64,000 bases of DNA from Candidatus Latescibacterota bacterium (GTDB taxonomy: Bacteria; Latescibacterota; UBA2968), in the NCBI GenBank assembly GCA_022821275.1, contig JAJEDY010000002.1:28561-92560 (forward strand). The letters run 5' to 3'. The notes under the pieces are model-generated. The model was not told the DNA's origin. It worked only from the letters and a program-made list of their open reading frames with translations, and ran no database searches. Shown here piece after piece: positions 1 through 7,847 of the stretch. Both the position numbers and the translations under genes were made by a program. How positions within the stretch are numbered: position 1 is the first letter of the stretch; every line of letters starts with the position of its first letter.

Positions 1-1
1 A

Positions 2-250
2 GAGGCCATGCTCGAAAACTCTATGGCAGAGGAAATACGCACCGCGCTCAACACACTGGCGCCGCGCGATGCCCGCGTGTTGCGCCTCTATTTTGGCATT
101 AACAGCGGTGAAACAATGACGCTGGAGCAAATCGGCAACATCCTCAACCTGACCAAAGAGCGCGTGCGTCAAATACGCAACAAAGCCCTGGCGGCACTCA
201 AACATCCCTCTCGCATGCGTAAAATGAGAACCTTATTGATGGAGAATTGA
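2..250 (+). CDS. rpoD: RNA polymerase sigma-70 factor RpoD, C-terminal region 4 (5'-truncated by window edge)
   Basis: Translation ...LAPRDARVLRLYFGI...TLEQIGNILNLTKERVRQIRNKALAALKHPSRMRKMRTLL matches the conserved sigma-70 region 4 (LTPREAKVLRMRFGI / [20 protein letters not shown]). The frame runs off the 5' edge. Confidence 0.8.
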   Translation, partial: EAMLENSMAEEIRTALNTLAPRDARVLRLYFGINSGETMTLEQIGNILNLTKERVRQIRNKALAALKHPSRMRKMRTLLMEN

Positions 251-254
251 TCCG

Positions 255-647
255 GTGGCCAATCGCACGGAATCGGCTGGCATGGGCATCACCCGCGTCA
301 GCCACATCACATTGATTACGGGTAACCTCGAGCGCGCATCGGCATTTTACGAAAAGTTTTTGGGGCTGCAACCCATTCCCCGGCCAGATTACGACTTTGC
401 AGGTGCCTGGTATCGCTGTGGCGACACCGAAATCCACCTGATCCTCGCCGAAGAATACCCCCGCCCTTCGCGCCGCCACATCGCCTTTGAAGTCGCTGAC
501 TTCGATCGCGTCATCACCTCGCTCGACCGCGAACGCGTGCGCGTTGCCTCCGGTCCCGGCGTGCGCCCACACGACGGCACGCGCTATGTTTTCGTACACG
601 ACCCGGACGGCAACCTCATCGAAATAGGTCGTCCGGGAAAGACGTGA
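255..647 (+). CDS. VOC/glyoxalase-bleomycin resistance family protein
   Basis: 130 aa. ITRVSHITLITGNLERASAFYEKFLGL...GDTEIHLI is a typical VOC beta-alpha-beta-beta-beta module with His/Glu ligand positions. Confidence 0.65.
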   Translation: MANRTESAGMGITRVSHITLITGNLERASAFYEKFLGLQPIPRPDYDFAGAWYRCGDTEIHLILAEEYPRPSRRHIAFEVADFDRVITSLDRERVRVASGPGVRPHDGTRYVFVHDPDGNLIEIGRPGKT

Positions 648-700
648 AAAGCAGCCACCGATAAACACAGATAAACACAGATGAAAGGCAACAGACCTGA
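645..700 (+). repeat. Intergenic repeat element copy 1 (GAAAAGCA-CCAC-[GATRAACACR]x2-3-GATGAAAGGCA)
   Basis: TGAAAAGCAGCCACCGATAAACACAGATAAACACAGATGAAAGGCA lies directly after the VOC stop. It aligns with the copies at 3289-3336 and 5770-5812 and contains 10-bp-period internal direct repeats. Confidence 0.55.
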
Positions 701-735
701 GTTAGTGTTGAGTGGTACAGCTAAATGAGAGGAAC

Positions 736-777
736 AAAACAGGCCGCGGTCTCAAGGGATCGCGGCCTGTTTTTTAG
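736..777. terminator. Bidirectional rho-independent terminator (convergent VOC/rpoD and Gfo-sulfatase operons)
   Basis: 9-bp GC stem CAGGCCGCG/CGCGGCCTG with a 12-nt loop, followed by T7. The complementary strand also reads hairpin plus TTTTGTT. Confidence 0.6.
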
Positions 778-793
778 TAGTCATCCCACCTCT

Positions 794-1999
794 TTACACC
801 AAACCCCACATCTCATCAACATCCTCCTGATACGCACAAACCTCGCCGGATATCACATCATCCACCTTGACGACCTGCCCGCTTTTCCCCGACTCGTAAA
901 TCGCCTCGCTCACGGCCTTGCTCTTAAGCCCCTCTTCGGCATCGATTTCCACATCGCGCCCAACACTCAGCGCATCGATAAAATCCCACAACTCAATCGC
1001 CATGCCATCGGTTAGCCCATAGGGAAAGAGACGATCCTTCTCGCCCTGGCTCAGTGAACCGAGAAACATATCTTTCAGTTGGGACACACCATAAGTCGTC
1101 CCATCTACAAATTGGCATTCGCCGCGCGCCTGAGACGCCGCCGGATGGAAAATATCGCGCTCCACAATCGTCCCCTTGCTCCCGGTGAGATTGAGCTGGG
1201 TAAATCCCTTGCCGGGCGCGCTAACCGTCCACGACCACGTGCCGATCACACCACTTTCAAAATTGAAAATACTGGTCCAAAAATCCTCGCGACTGTCATC
1301 GACCAGATCATCGCCTTTTTTGTGGGGACGCTGTTCCATTTGTTCCACACGCGCATAAACACTCTCGACCTCCCCAAACCAGTAACGCATCGTATCCACC
1401 CAATGTGCGCCGCTATCCATAACCATTCCGCAACCGCCGAGTTTGCGATCCACGCGCCAGTGCCAATCGGGATAATTCGCGGGATCCTGCCATCCCGACC
1501 TGATGGCGTACCACAACCTGGGCTCGCCGAGCGGACCGCCGTTAAACGCCCAGTGAATCGTGCGCTGTCCAACACTGCGACGACACTGTTCGGCATTCGC
1601 GGCGATCTTATTGCAACGTTTGGCTGTCTCGATAATTTTATGCGTGGCTTTAACCGTCACGCCAATGGGTTTTTCGCACAGAATATTCACACCGCCTTCG
1701 AGCAACTCACAGGCGAGCACGTGATGCAGACCGTGCGGACTGCATATATCGGCCCCATCGAGATCGGACTCTGAATTGAGCAGATCCTCAACCGAGGGAT
1801 AACTTTTAACCTCCCATCCGGTCTTCCCATTGATCTGATCGGCAAATGCCTGCGCGCGACTGATATCGCTATCAACCGTGGCCACAATGCGAAATCGGTC
1901 TTCTCCCTTATCGATAAGCTCTCCATACCGCCGAAGATGCCCACCGGCAATACCGCCACAGCCGACAAGCGCGAGATTTACAATTTTTCCTCTGGACAT
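794..1999 (-). CDS. Gfo/Idh/MocA family NAD(P)-dependent oxidoreductase
   Basis: N-terminal Rossmann MSRGKIVNLALVGCGGIAGGHLRRY. Start chosen at ATG 1997-1999, preceded by GAAAGGAAAA. That ATG overlaps the upstream sulfatase stop (TGATG), suggesting translational coupling. Confidence 0.8.
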   Translation of the reverse strand: MSRGKIVNLALVGCGGIAGGHLRRYGELIDKGEDRFRIVATVDSDISRAQAFADQINGKTGWEVKSYPSVEDLLNSESDLDGADICSPHGLHHVLACELLEGGVNILCEKPIGVTVKATHKIIETAKRCNKIAANAEQCRRSVGQRTIHWAFNGGPLGEPRLWYAIRSGWQDPANYPDWHWRVDRKLGGCGMVMDSGAHWVDTMRYWFGEVESVYARVEQMEQRPHKKGDDLVDDSREDFWTSIFNFESGVIGTWSWTVSAPGKGFTQLNLTGSKGTIVERDIFHPAASQARGECQFVDGTTYGVSQLKDMFLGSLSQGEKDRLFPYGLTDGMAIELWDFIDALSVGRDVEIDAEEGLKSKAVSEAIYESGKSGQVVKVDDVISGEVCAYQEDVDEMWGLV

Positions 2000-3279
2000 C
2001 AATTTTCCTTTCTCTGGTGATAGTCCGCCATCGCCTCCCAATAGTAAGGCGTGGGAATCGGACTCTTGAGCGACGGATCATTTACATCTTCCATCCATTG
2101 CCATAGGCGTTGGCTCAACGCATGATACACATCCCGATATTCGGGTTTATGGGCAACATCCTCAAACTCATTGGGATCTTTTTCCAGATCGTAGAGTTGC
2201 GCCACGGGCTGTTTGATACGCGGCCTGGGAGGATCGGTCATATCCACGGGCACATCTATCAAACGCCGCGGGCTAAAATTGCGAATAAACTTGTAGCGAT
2301 CGGTGCGAACACTGCGACTATCGCTACCCTGAAAAATAGAAAAAGCCGCATCGCGCGTGGGTCCCGCATCGGGGTTCTTGAACACACTGGCAAAACTCAA
2401 ACCCTCCACATTATCGGGAATGGGATGGTCTATGAGATCCATAAGCGTGGACAAAAAATCGACATTGCTGAGCAAATGGTCACAACTCTGTCCTCCCCGA
2501 ACAACGCCACCGGGCCAGCGCATAAGCAATGCAACGCCAATACCCGCATCATAGCAAAACCACTTCGCCCTCGGAAATTCAATCCCGTGATCAACCGTAA
2601 AAACCAGCAGCGTATCGTCTTCCAACCCACTCTCTCTCAACGCATCGGTAATAATCTGAACTGCCTCATCAACGCGGCGGATCGCACCCTGTTGCAGAGC
2701 GAGTTCCCGGCGCGACATCTCGTCATCAACCAGATAAGGCGGCACATCAATACCCTTGCTATCATCAGGCCCCACATCGCCAAAATCGTGCGGACGATGG
2801 GTCTCAAAAAAACCGACCTGCGCGTAGAACGGCGTCCTGGAACCCGCGTCTGCCTTGAGAAAATCCGCCAGCGCATGAGCAACCACAAGCGCATTTGCGC
2901 GACGGCCCGTTTCATCGCGCTGTGCAAAAACCGCTTCAAAACCCAGATTCTCGGTATTGGACGCCTCGTGTTGCAAACCAAAAAGAGCTGTATAATATCC
3001 CGCATCGCGCAAAATATGCGAAAGGTGTCGCTCGCCCTCATTAAAACACCAATCCCACGGCGAATGCGTCAGACCAACCAAACCATTGCTCTGTGGATAG
3101 CGCCCCGTAAGCATAGCCCCCCGACTGGGGCTACACACCGGACTCGTCGTAAAATAATTGGTAAACTTAAACCCATCGTCGGCAATCGCGTCAATCGCAG
3201 GTGTGTGTACCGTATCGACACCATAACACCCAAAATGCCGTCCTGTATCGTGCGTGGTAATAATGATAATATTTGGCAT
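1999..3279 (-). CDS. Formylglycine-dependent sulfatase (arylsulfatase family), no signal peptide
   Basis: MPNIIIITTHDTGRHFGCYG...SPVCSPSRGAMLTGRYP gives the C-x-P-x-R sulfatase signature plus LTG. Start at the ATG giving MPNIIII (3277-3279), 6 nt downstream of GGAGAT. The N-terminus is not hydrophobic. Confidence 0.85.
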   Translation of the reverse strand: MPNIIIITTHDTGRHFGCYGVDTVHTPAIDAIADDGFKFTNYFTTSPVCSPSRGAMLTGRYPQSNGLVGLTHSPWDWCFNEGERHLSHILRDAGYYTALFGLQHEASNTENLGFEAVFAQRDETGRRANALVVAHALADFLKADAGSRTPFYAQVGFFETHRPHDFGDVGPDDSKGIDVPPYLVDDEMSRRELALQQGAIRRVDEAVQIITDALRESGLEDDTLLVFTVDHGIEFPRAKWFCYDAGIGVALLMRWPGGVVRGGQSCDHLLSNVDFLSTLMDLIDHPIPDNVEGLSFASVFKNPDAGPTRDAAFSIFQGSDSRSVRTDRYKFIRNFSPRRLIDVPVDMTDPPRPRIKQPVAQLYDLEKDPNEFEDVAHKPEYRDVYHALSQRLWQWMEDVNDPSLKSPIPTPYYWEAMADYHQRKEN

Positions 3280-3288
3280 AGAATCTCC

Positions 3289-3336
3289 GGAAAATGCAAC
3301 CACCGATGAACACGGATAAACACCGATGAAAGGCAT
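3289..3336 (+). repeat. Intergenic repeat element copy 2
   Basis: GGAAAATGCAACCACCGATGAACACGGATAAACACCGATGAAAGGCA sits 10-60 nt upstream of the sulfatase start codon on the opposite strand. The flanking GAGTGGTGTTG also resembles copy 1's GAGTTAGTGTTG. Confidence 0.55.
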
Positions 3337-3373
3337 CTGTCTTTTGAGTGGTGTTGGGCGGACTGACCGCTGA

Positions 3374-3694
3374 CTACTTCTTAAAGTGCTCAATAAAATG
3401 ACAACGCCTGCAGCAAACAATCACATCCTCCACGCCCTCATTCCCCAGCGTCTTGTAGTGCAGGTGGTGAACGTGCAAGTGCGCTTTGCTCCCGCACAAA
3501 ACGCACTGGCAATTGTAATGGGCGAGAAACTTCTGCCTCTTGATCTGCCATGATTTGGATCGTATATAACGGTCGTAATCGGGCGGCGGATCAGCCTGGG
3601 ACAACTGTGCCAGCAGGCGTTTTCTATCCACCTTGCGAATCCCCTTCGGATGCGGCGTGGATTGCAGAATTTTCTTTCGCGTCTGTTCGTTCAT
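3374..3694 (-). CDS. Small standalone HNH endonuclease
   Basis: 106 aa from MNEQTRKK. C-x2-C...LHVHHLHY...GNEG...CCRRCH shows the HNH Zn-finger plus His-Asn-His pattern. The upstream leader is AT-rich. Confidence 0.6.
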   Translation of the reverse strand: MNEQTRKKILQSTPHPKGIRKVDRKRLLAQLSQADPPPDYDRYIRSKSWQIKRQKFLAHYNCQCVLCGSKAHLHVHHLHYKTLGNEGVEDVIVCCRRCHFIEHFKK

Positions 3695-3815
3695 GCGCTC
3701 ATGATAATGAAAAATAAAAAATGAAAAACGAAAAATAAACTTGCGTGGGTCGCGTTTTTCTTTGACTGTGAAGGGAGATATTATATTTATTGTAGCCAAG
3801 AAGCCCGCCCTGCCA

Positions 3816-3847
3816 TCCAACGGGCGGGCACAGGGGCACCGCCCCTA
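3816..3847 (+). repeat. GC-rich hairpin element copy 1 (CAACGGGCGGGCACRGGGGCACCGCCCCTAC) in the 5' leader of the TIM-barrel gene
   Basis: 32-nt element with 1 mismatch to the copy at 9303-9334. GGGCGG(3822-3827) can pair either with downstream CCGCCC(3840-3845) or with upstream GCCCGCCC(3803-3810), an alternative-pairing arrangement. Confidence 0.5.
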
Positions 3848-3881
3848 CGTTGATTCGTATAACCATTTACAGGAGGAAGGG

Positions 3882-4694
3882 ATGGAACTGTGTTATTTTG
3901 CAGATGAAATTGACAAAGCCGATTTTGATAAATCTGTGCGCCTGGGCGTAGAAGCGGGCGCAACGGGCATTGAACTGCGCGGCGGCATCTGGGGCAAACG
4001 CGTACAGGAAATCGACAACGACGAATTGCAACGCGTCCAGGACGTACTGGCAAAGTACAACGTAACCGTCATGTCCGTCGGCTCGCCCGTGGGCAAATGC
4101 GCGCACGACAGCGACGCAGAAAAAGCCGAACACCAGCGCATATTTGACCGCATGATCGAACTCGCGAAAGCATTTGATACAACCGTCATCCGCGGATTTT
4201 CCCTGTGGAACCCCAATCGAAAAAAAGGAGACCGGGAAAATCGGCCCGGCGTTGAAAACTATCTCGACGTCATCGTGCCATTTCTCGAACCCATAGCCAA
4301 AACAGCCGAACGCGAAGGCGTCACCCTATCGCTGGAAAACGAAGGCGCAACCATTGCCGGCACCTGTGCGGAAGCGAGAATGGTCGCCGACGCCCTCGGC
4401 GACACCTCGGGATTCAGCTTCTGCTGGGATGTAAACAACGGCATCGGATGTGGCGAACAAGCCATCCCCGATGGATACGAACAAATTAAGGGACGGATCA
4501 CCCATCTGCACGTCAAACCCAACCCCGACAAAGAACTGGACCCCATTCGCGACAGCAATATAAAATACGAAGACCTGCTCAAAATGGTCCTATCAGACGG
4601 TTATACGGGCAACGTGAGCATTGAACACTGGGGCTCCCCTGAACTAATGCTAAAAGGCGTGCGGCAACTGCGCGCTGTGCTGGACAGGTTGTAA
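3882..4694 (+). CDS. Sugar phosphate isomerase/epimerase (xylose isomerase-like TIM barrel)
   Basis: AGGAGGAAGGG precedes ATG at 3882 (MELCYFADEID...). TIM-barrel His/Glu/Asp metal-ligand pattern (ENEG, HLHVKP, EHWG). Confidence 0.7.
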   Translation: MELCYFADEIDKADFDKSVRLGVEAGATGIELRGGIWGKRVQEIDNDELQRVQDVLAKYNVTVMSVGSPVGKCAHDSDAEKAEHQRIFDRMIELAKAFDTTVIRGFSLWNPNRKKGDRENRPGVENYLDVIVPFLEPIAKTAEREGVTLSLENEGATIAGTCAEARMVADALGDTSGFSFCWDVNNGIGCGEQAIPDGYEQIKGRITHLHVKPNPDKELDPIRDSNIKYEDLLKMVLSDGYTGNVSIEHWGSPELMLKGVRQLRAVLDRL

Positions 4695-4695
4695 C

Positions 4696-5769
4696 ATGGA
4701 CTTACACAAATTATTCACAGATGTATTTCATCCCGAACCCGACGAAACAGTAGTCATCATTGCCGACATCCCGCACGGTGAACTGCGCGATAGCGAGACC
4801 TGGCGCGAGCGCAGAGAAATGGCCGCCGAATGGCGTGCGGCCTGGGTATTGCTCGGCAAACAAATTGGCTTTGACGTCCTGCCCCTCATCACCTTTCCCG
4901 CGACCGGTGCTCACAATGGCAATCTGCCCCTCGACAAAGGCGATCCCATCCCCTTGCGCGACGGTTTGACGCGGGCGACAATAGCAAATGCACTCACGCA
5001 ATTCTCCGCCACCGCGCCACTATCTGCCTGGGCGCGTTCACACAAAGACTTTCGCGCCGCGTCATTGCCAGGCGTTGCGCGCCGCATGGAAAAAACCGCG
5101 CTTTCTGCGGATTATACCGAAGTAGCGCGTCGCTGCCAGATATTAATGGACGCACTCTCCGAAGCAGAATACGCACGGGTTATTTTTTCAACCGGCCACA
5201 AATGGACCGTTGACCTGCGCTTCCGCGAAGCCCACAAAGACGACGGACAACTGCCCCGAGAAAAGGCAAACACGGCATTTCCCATCATCAACTTGCCGAG
5301 TGGCGAAAGCTTCCAGGTACCCTATGAAGGGGAAAGAGACAGCGAACCGAGCCGCACAGAAGGCGAAATACCCGTCAGTGATAATGGCGACGTCATCGTA
5401 TTTCGGGTCGAAAACAATCGGATAGTAGATGTCGCGGGCGAAACAACACAGGCCGCGAACTTCAAAACCTATTTCGACGAAGACCCGACACGCGGCAACA
5501 TCGCCGAACTCGCCCTGGGATGCAATCCAAAAGCCGTTGTTTGGGGCAATGTCTTAGAAGATGAAAAAGCGGGCTTTCACTGGGCTTACGGACGCAGCGA
5601 ACATCTCGGCGGCACAATTGGACCAGAACATTTCAAGACCCCCGCACACATTGTTCACGAAGACATCGTCTATGCCAAAGACAGCCCGATACAAGTGGCG
5701 TCACTCCTGTTGATTTCAGCAAACGGAGAAACACGCCAAATCATCCGGGATGGCGCATATCTGATTTGA
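4696..5769 (+). CDS. M29-like (aminopeptidase T family) metallopeptidase, tentative
   Basis: The C-terminal block RGNIAELALGCNPKA...LEDEKAGFHWAYG...HIVHEDIVY resembles the AmpT block EVALVPADNPIA...FDENAASHIAFGQAY...HVDWMIG. The protein is shorter than canonical AmpT. Confidence 0.45.
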   Translation: MDLHKLFTDVFHPEPDETVVIIADIPHGELRDSETWRERREMAAEWRAAWVLLGKQIGFDVLPLITFPATGAHNGNLPLDKGDPIPLRDGLTRATIANALTQFSATAPLSAWARSHKDFRAASLPGVARRMEKTALSADYTEVARRCQILMDALSEAEYARVIFSTGHKWTVDLRFREAHKDDGQLPREKANTAFPIINLPSGESFQVPYEGERDSEPSRTEGEIPVSDNGDVIVFRVENNRIVDVAGETTQAANFKTYFDEDPTRGNIAELALGCNPKAVVWGNVLEDEKAGFHWAYGRSEHLGGTIGPEHFKTPAHIVHEDIVYAKDSPIQVASLLLISANGETRQIIRDGAYLI

Positions 5770-5812
5770 AGGGTGAAAAGCAACCACAGATGAACACAGA
5801 TGGACACAGATG
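5770..5812 (+). repeat. Intergenic repeat element copy 3
   Basis: GGGTGAAAAGCAACCACAGATGAACACAGATGGACACAGATGATCAGGG lies directly after the M29-like stop, about 80 nt upstream of the amidohydrolase gene. Confidence 0.55.
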
Positions 5813-5892
5813 ATCAGGGTGGTTTACTATGACCGCAGGTAGGGATAACCTCCTGTGGTCGTCTCACCTCTTGCCCGTAAAAGGAGCCTCAC

Positions 5893-6753
5893 ATGTTAAT
5901 CGACGCGCACAATCACCCAAACTGGCACGGATTCAACGCCGAAAAAATATTGAAAAACATGGACGAGCAAAACATCGACCAGTTGTGGCTGTTCTCATGG
6001 GAAGCGCCAGAAGACGAATACAGCCCCAGCTATCACAAAGTATTGCCCCCAACAGGCGTGTGCATCCCCCTCGAAGACGTGATACAGGTGGGACGCACAG
6101 CCCCCGACCGATTCGTACTGGGATATATGCCACATCCAAAGCGGCCCGATGCGATTGACCGCTTGAAAGCAGCCGTAGAAATTCACGGGATACGGGTAGC
6201 CAGCGAACTAAAGGTACGAGTGGTATTCGACGATCCAGACGCCATCAGACTCTACCACGTCTGTGGTGACATGGGCCTGCCGATCACCATCCATCTCGAC
6301 TATCCCATCGATCACGGAAGAGGAGATTACCCGCGACCAAACTGGTGGTATGGCGGCAGCATCGAAGCATTTGAACGGGCGATTGTCGCATGTCCCGAAA
6401 CTGTGTTCATCGGCCATGCCCCGGGATTCTGGGCACACATTTCCGGCGACGGCAAATTCGACAAAGAAGCGTATCCCAACGGTCCGGTTGAACCGGGCGG
6501 CAAAGTGCCCGAGATGCTCAAGCAATACGACAATCTATACGCCGACCTCTCCGCGGGATCGGGACTGACGGCAATCAGCAGAGACGAAACATTTGGCAGG
6601 CAATTCCTGATCGATTTTCAAGATAGCCTGTTATTTGGACGGGATTATTTCGACACGCGCTTAATGGACTATCTACAGCGTCTGAACTTACCCAAAGAAG
6701 CATTCGACAAAATAACATATCAAAATGCACAGAAGTTATTGGGTGATGATTGA
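5893..6753 (+). CDS. Amidohydrolase-2 family metal-dependent hydrolase (TIM barrel)
   Basis: MLIDAHNHPNWHG, HLDYP, GHAPGFWAHISGD and D-x-x...F motifs. AAAGGAG RBS upstream. Confidence 0.7.
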   Translation: MLIDAHNHPNWHGFNAEKILKNMDEQNIDQLWLFSWEAPEDEYSPSYHKVLPPTGVCIPLEDVIQVGRTAPDRFVLGYMPHPKRPDAIDRLKAAVEIHGIRVASELKVRVVFDDPDAIRLYHVCGDMGLPITIHLDYPIDHGRGDYPRPNWWYGGSIEAFERAIVACPETVFIGHAPGFWAHISGDGKFDKEAYPNGPVEPGGKVPEMLKQYDNLYADLSAGSGLTAISRDETFGRQFLIDFQDSLLFGRDYFDTRLMDYLQRLNLPKEAFDKITYQNAQKLLGDD

Positions 6754-6778
6754 ATTTACTGCGAGGAGGTAAGATACC

Positions 6779-7291
6779 ATGAAATGGTCAGAAATCCTTG
6801 AAGACAAAACACTTGTGGACCTTCCTTACAAAATTGAACAGGATCAATGGGGAAATATCGTCATGAGTCCAGCATCAAACAAACACGGCTTTATTCAGAC
6901 ACTCTTATCCATGATGTTAGGCCAGCACAGTGATAGTGGCACCGCCTTTGTCGAGTGTTCTGTACAGACATCAAAAGGTGTAAAAGTTGCCGATGTGATT
7001 TGGGCATCAAGGCAATTCTTTCAGAATAATGGCCTGGAAACACCTTATCAGAGCGCGCCAGAAATCTGTATTGAAATCAGATCGCCTTCAAATTCTATGG
7101 CAGAGTTAGAAGAAAAAAAAGAACTGTACTTTGCCCGGGGTGCCCGTGAAGTGTGGATATGTGACGAGTCAGGACAGATTCATTTTTATAATCATATCTC
7201 TGCAATAGATAGCTCGAAAATTTTTGCCACCTTCCCCTGCGATATTTCAGATAAAATCGAAGATGCTGGTGGGCATGCGCCGTCGATATAA
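6779..7291 (+). CDS. Uma2 family (DUF820) PD-(D/E)xK endonuclease
   Basis: ...SAPEICIEIRSPSNSMAELEEKKELYFARGAREVWICDESG matches the Uma2 signature (P-D/E-L-x-I/V-E-V-x-S-P...YA..GV.EYW). Local GC is clearly lower than the flanks. Confidence 0.65.
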   Translation: MKWSEILEDKTLVDLPYKIEQDQWGNIVMSPASNKHGFIQTLLSMMLGQHSDSGTAFVECSVQTSKGVKVADVIWASRQFFQNNGLETPYQSAPEICIEIRSPSNSMAELEEKKELYFARGAREVWICDESGQIHFYNHISAIDSSKIFATFPCDISDKIEDAGGHAPSI

Positions 7292-7312
7292 TGGTGTCAA
7301 ATAAGTTATGGG

Positions 7313-7564
7313 GTGTATATCCATACCGAATTGAATCATTTAAAAAGAGCGGATATGAGAACTGATACTGAAATACGAGTACAAGGACTACGTGTGCTGG
7401 TAGATGCTTTGGGTATCGTTGAAGCTGAGAAATTTATCAGCTTGATCTTGCGAGAGCCATTCGATTATACGAAATGGCAGCAAAACCTCTGGCCCGATAA
7501 AAGTGTCGCTGAAATAAGTGACACAGCGATGGAATCGCGAAGAATGCTGGATAAACAAATATGA
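7313..7564 (+). CDS. Hypothetical small protein (low-GC islet)
   Basis: 83-aa ORF with no recognisable motif. Possibly starts at an internal Met (MRTDTEIR). Confidence 0.3.
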   Translation: MYIHTELNHLKRADMRTDTEIRVQGLRVLVDALGIVEAEKFISLILREPFDYTKWQQNLWPDKSVAEISDTAMESRRMLDKQI

Positions 7565-7604
7565 ACTTAAAAGACCTCGATTTCTCCAATAGACTTGACA
7601 CACA

Positions 7605-7841
7605 TTGGACTTGGCAGGGAAAAATGTTCGTATTGAATCGCTCTTTATCGATGAGGGTTTTGGCAGTCTGGATTCAGAAGTTCTCGACCTCGCCATTGGA
7701 ACCCTTGAAGGATTGCATCAGGACAGTAAAAGTGTGGGTGTGATCTCGCATGTCGAACTTCTAAAGCAGCGTATCGCAACCCAGATCAGGGTAAAAAAAC
7801 TAACAGCCGGCAACAGTACATTAAAAATCGTTGAAGGTTAA
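7605..7841 (+). pseudogene. sbcC: Remnant of the sbcC 3' end (last ~75 codons of the SbcC ATPase C-terminal lobe)
   Basis: VRIESLFIDEGFGSLDSEVLDLAIGTLEGLHQDSKSVGVISHVELLKQRIATQIRVKK matches the SbcC C-terminus (IDSLFLDEGFGTLDSETLD...GKTIGVISHVEAMKERIPVQIKVKK). In-frame TGA(7596) and TAG(7590) lie immediately upstream. No coiled-coil or Walker A part is present. Confidence 0.7.
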
Positions 7842-7847
7842 CCTTCT

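Noticed and set aside
2110-3309. 399-aa plus-strand ORF overlapping the sulfatase gene, and similar antisense ORFs inside the MFS (8085-8747), ABC (12827-13588, 14318-15106), membrane-protein (33037-33915), RND (35802-37040) and helicase (52545-53066, 54273-55046) genes
   Set aside because: No recognisable motifs and biased low-complexity composition. Each lies entirely within a well-supported gene on the other strand.
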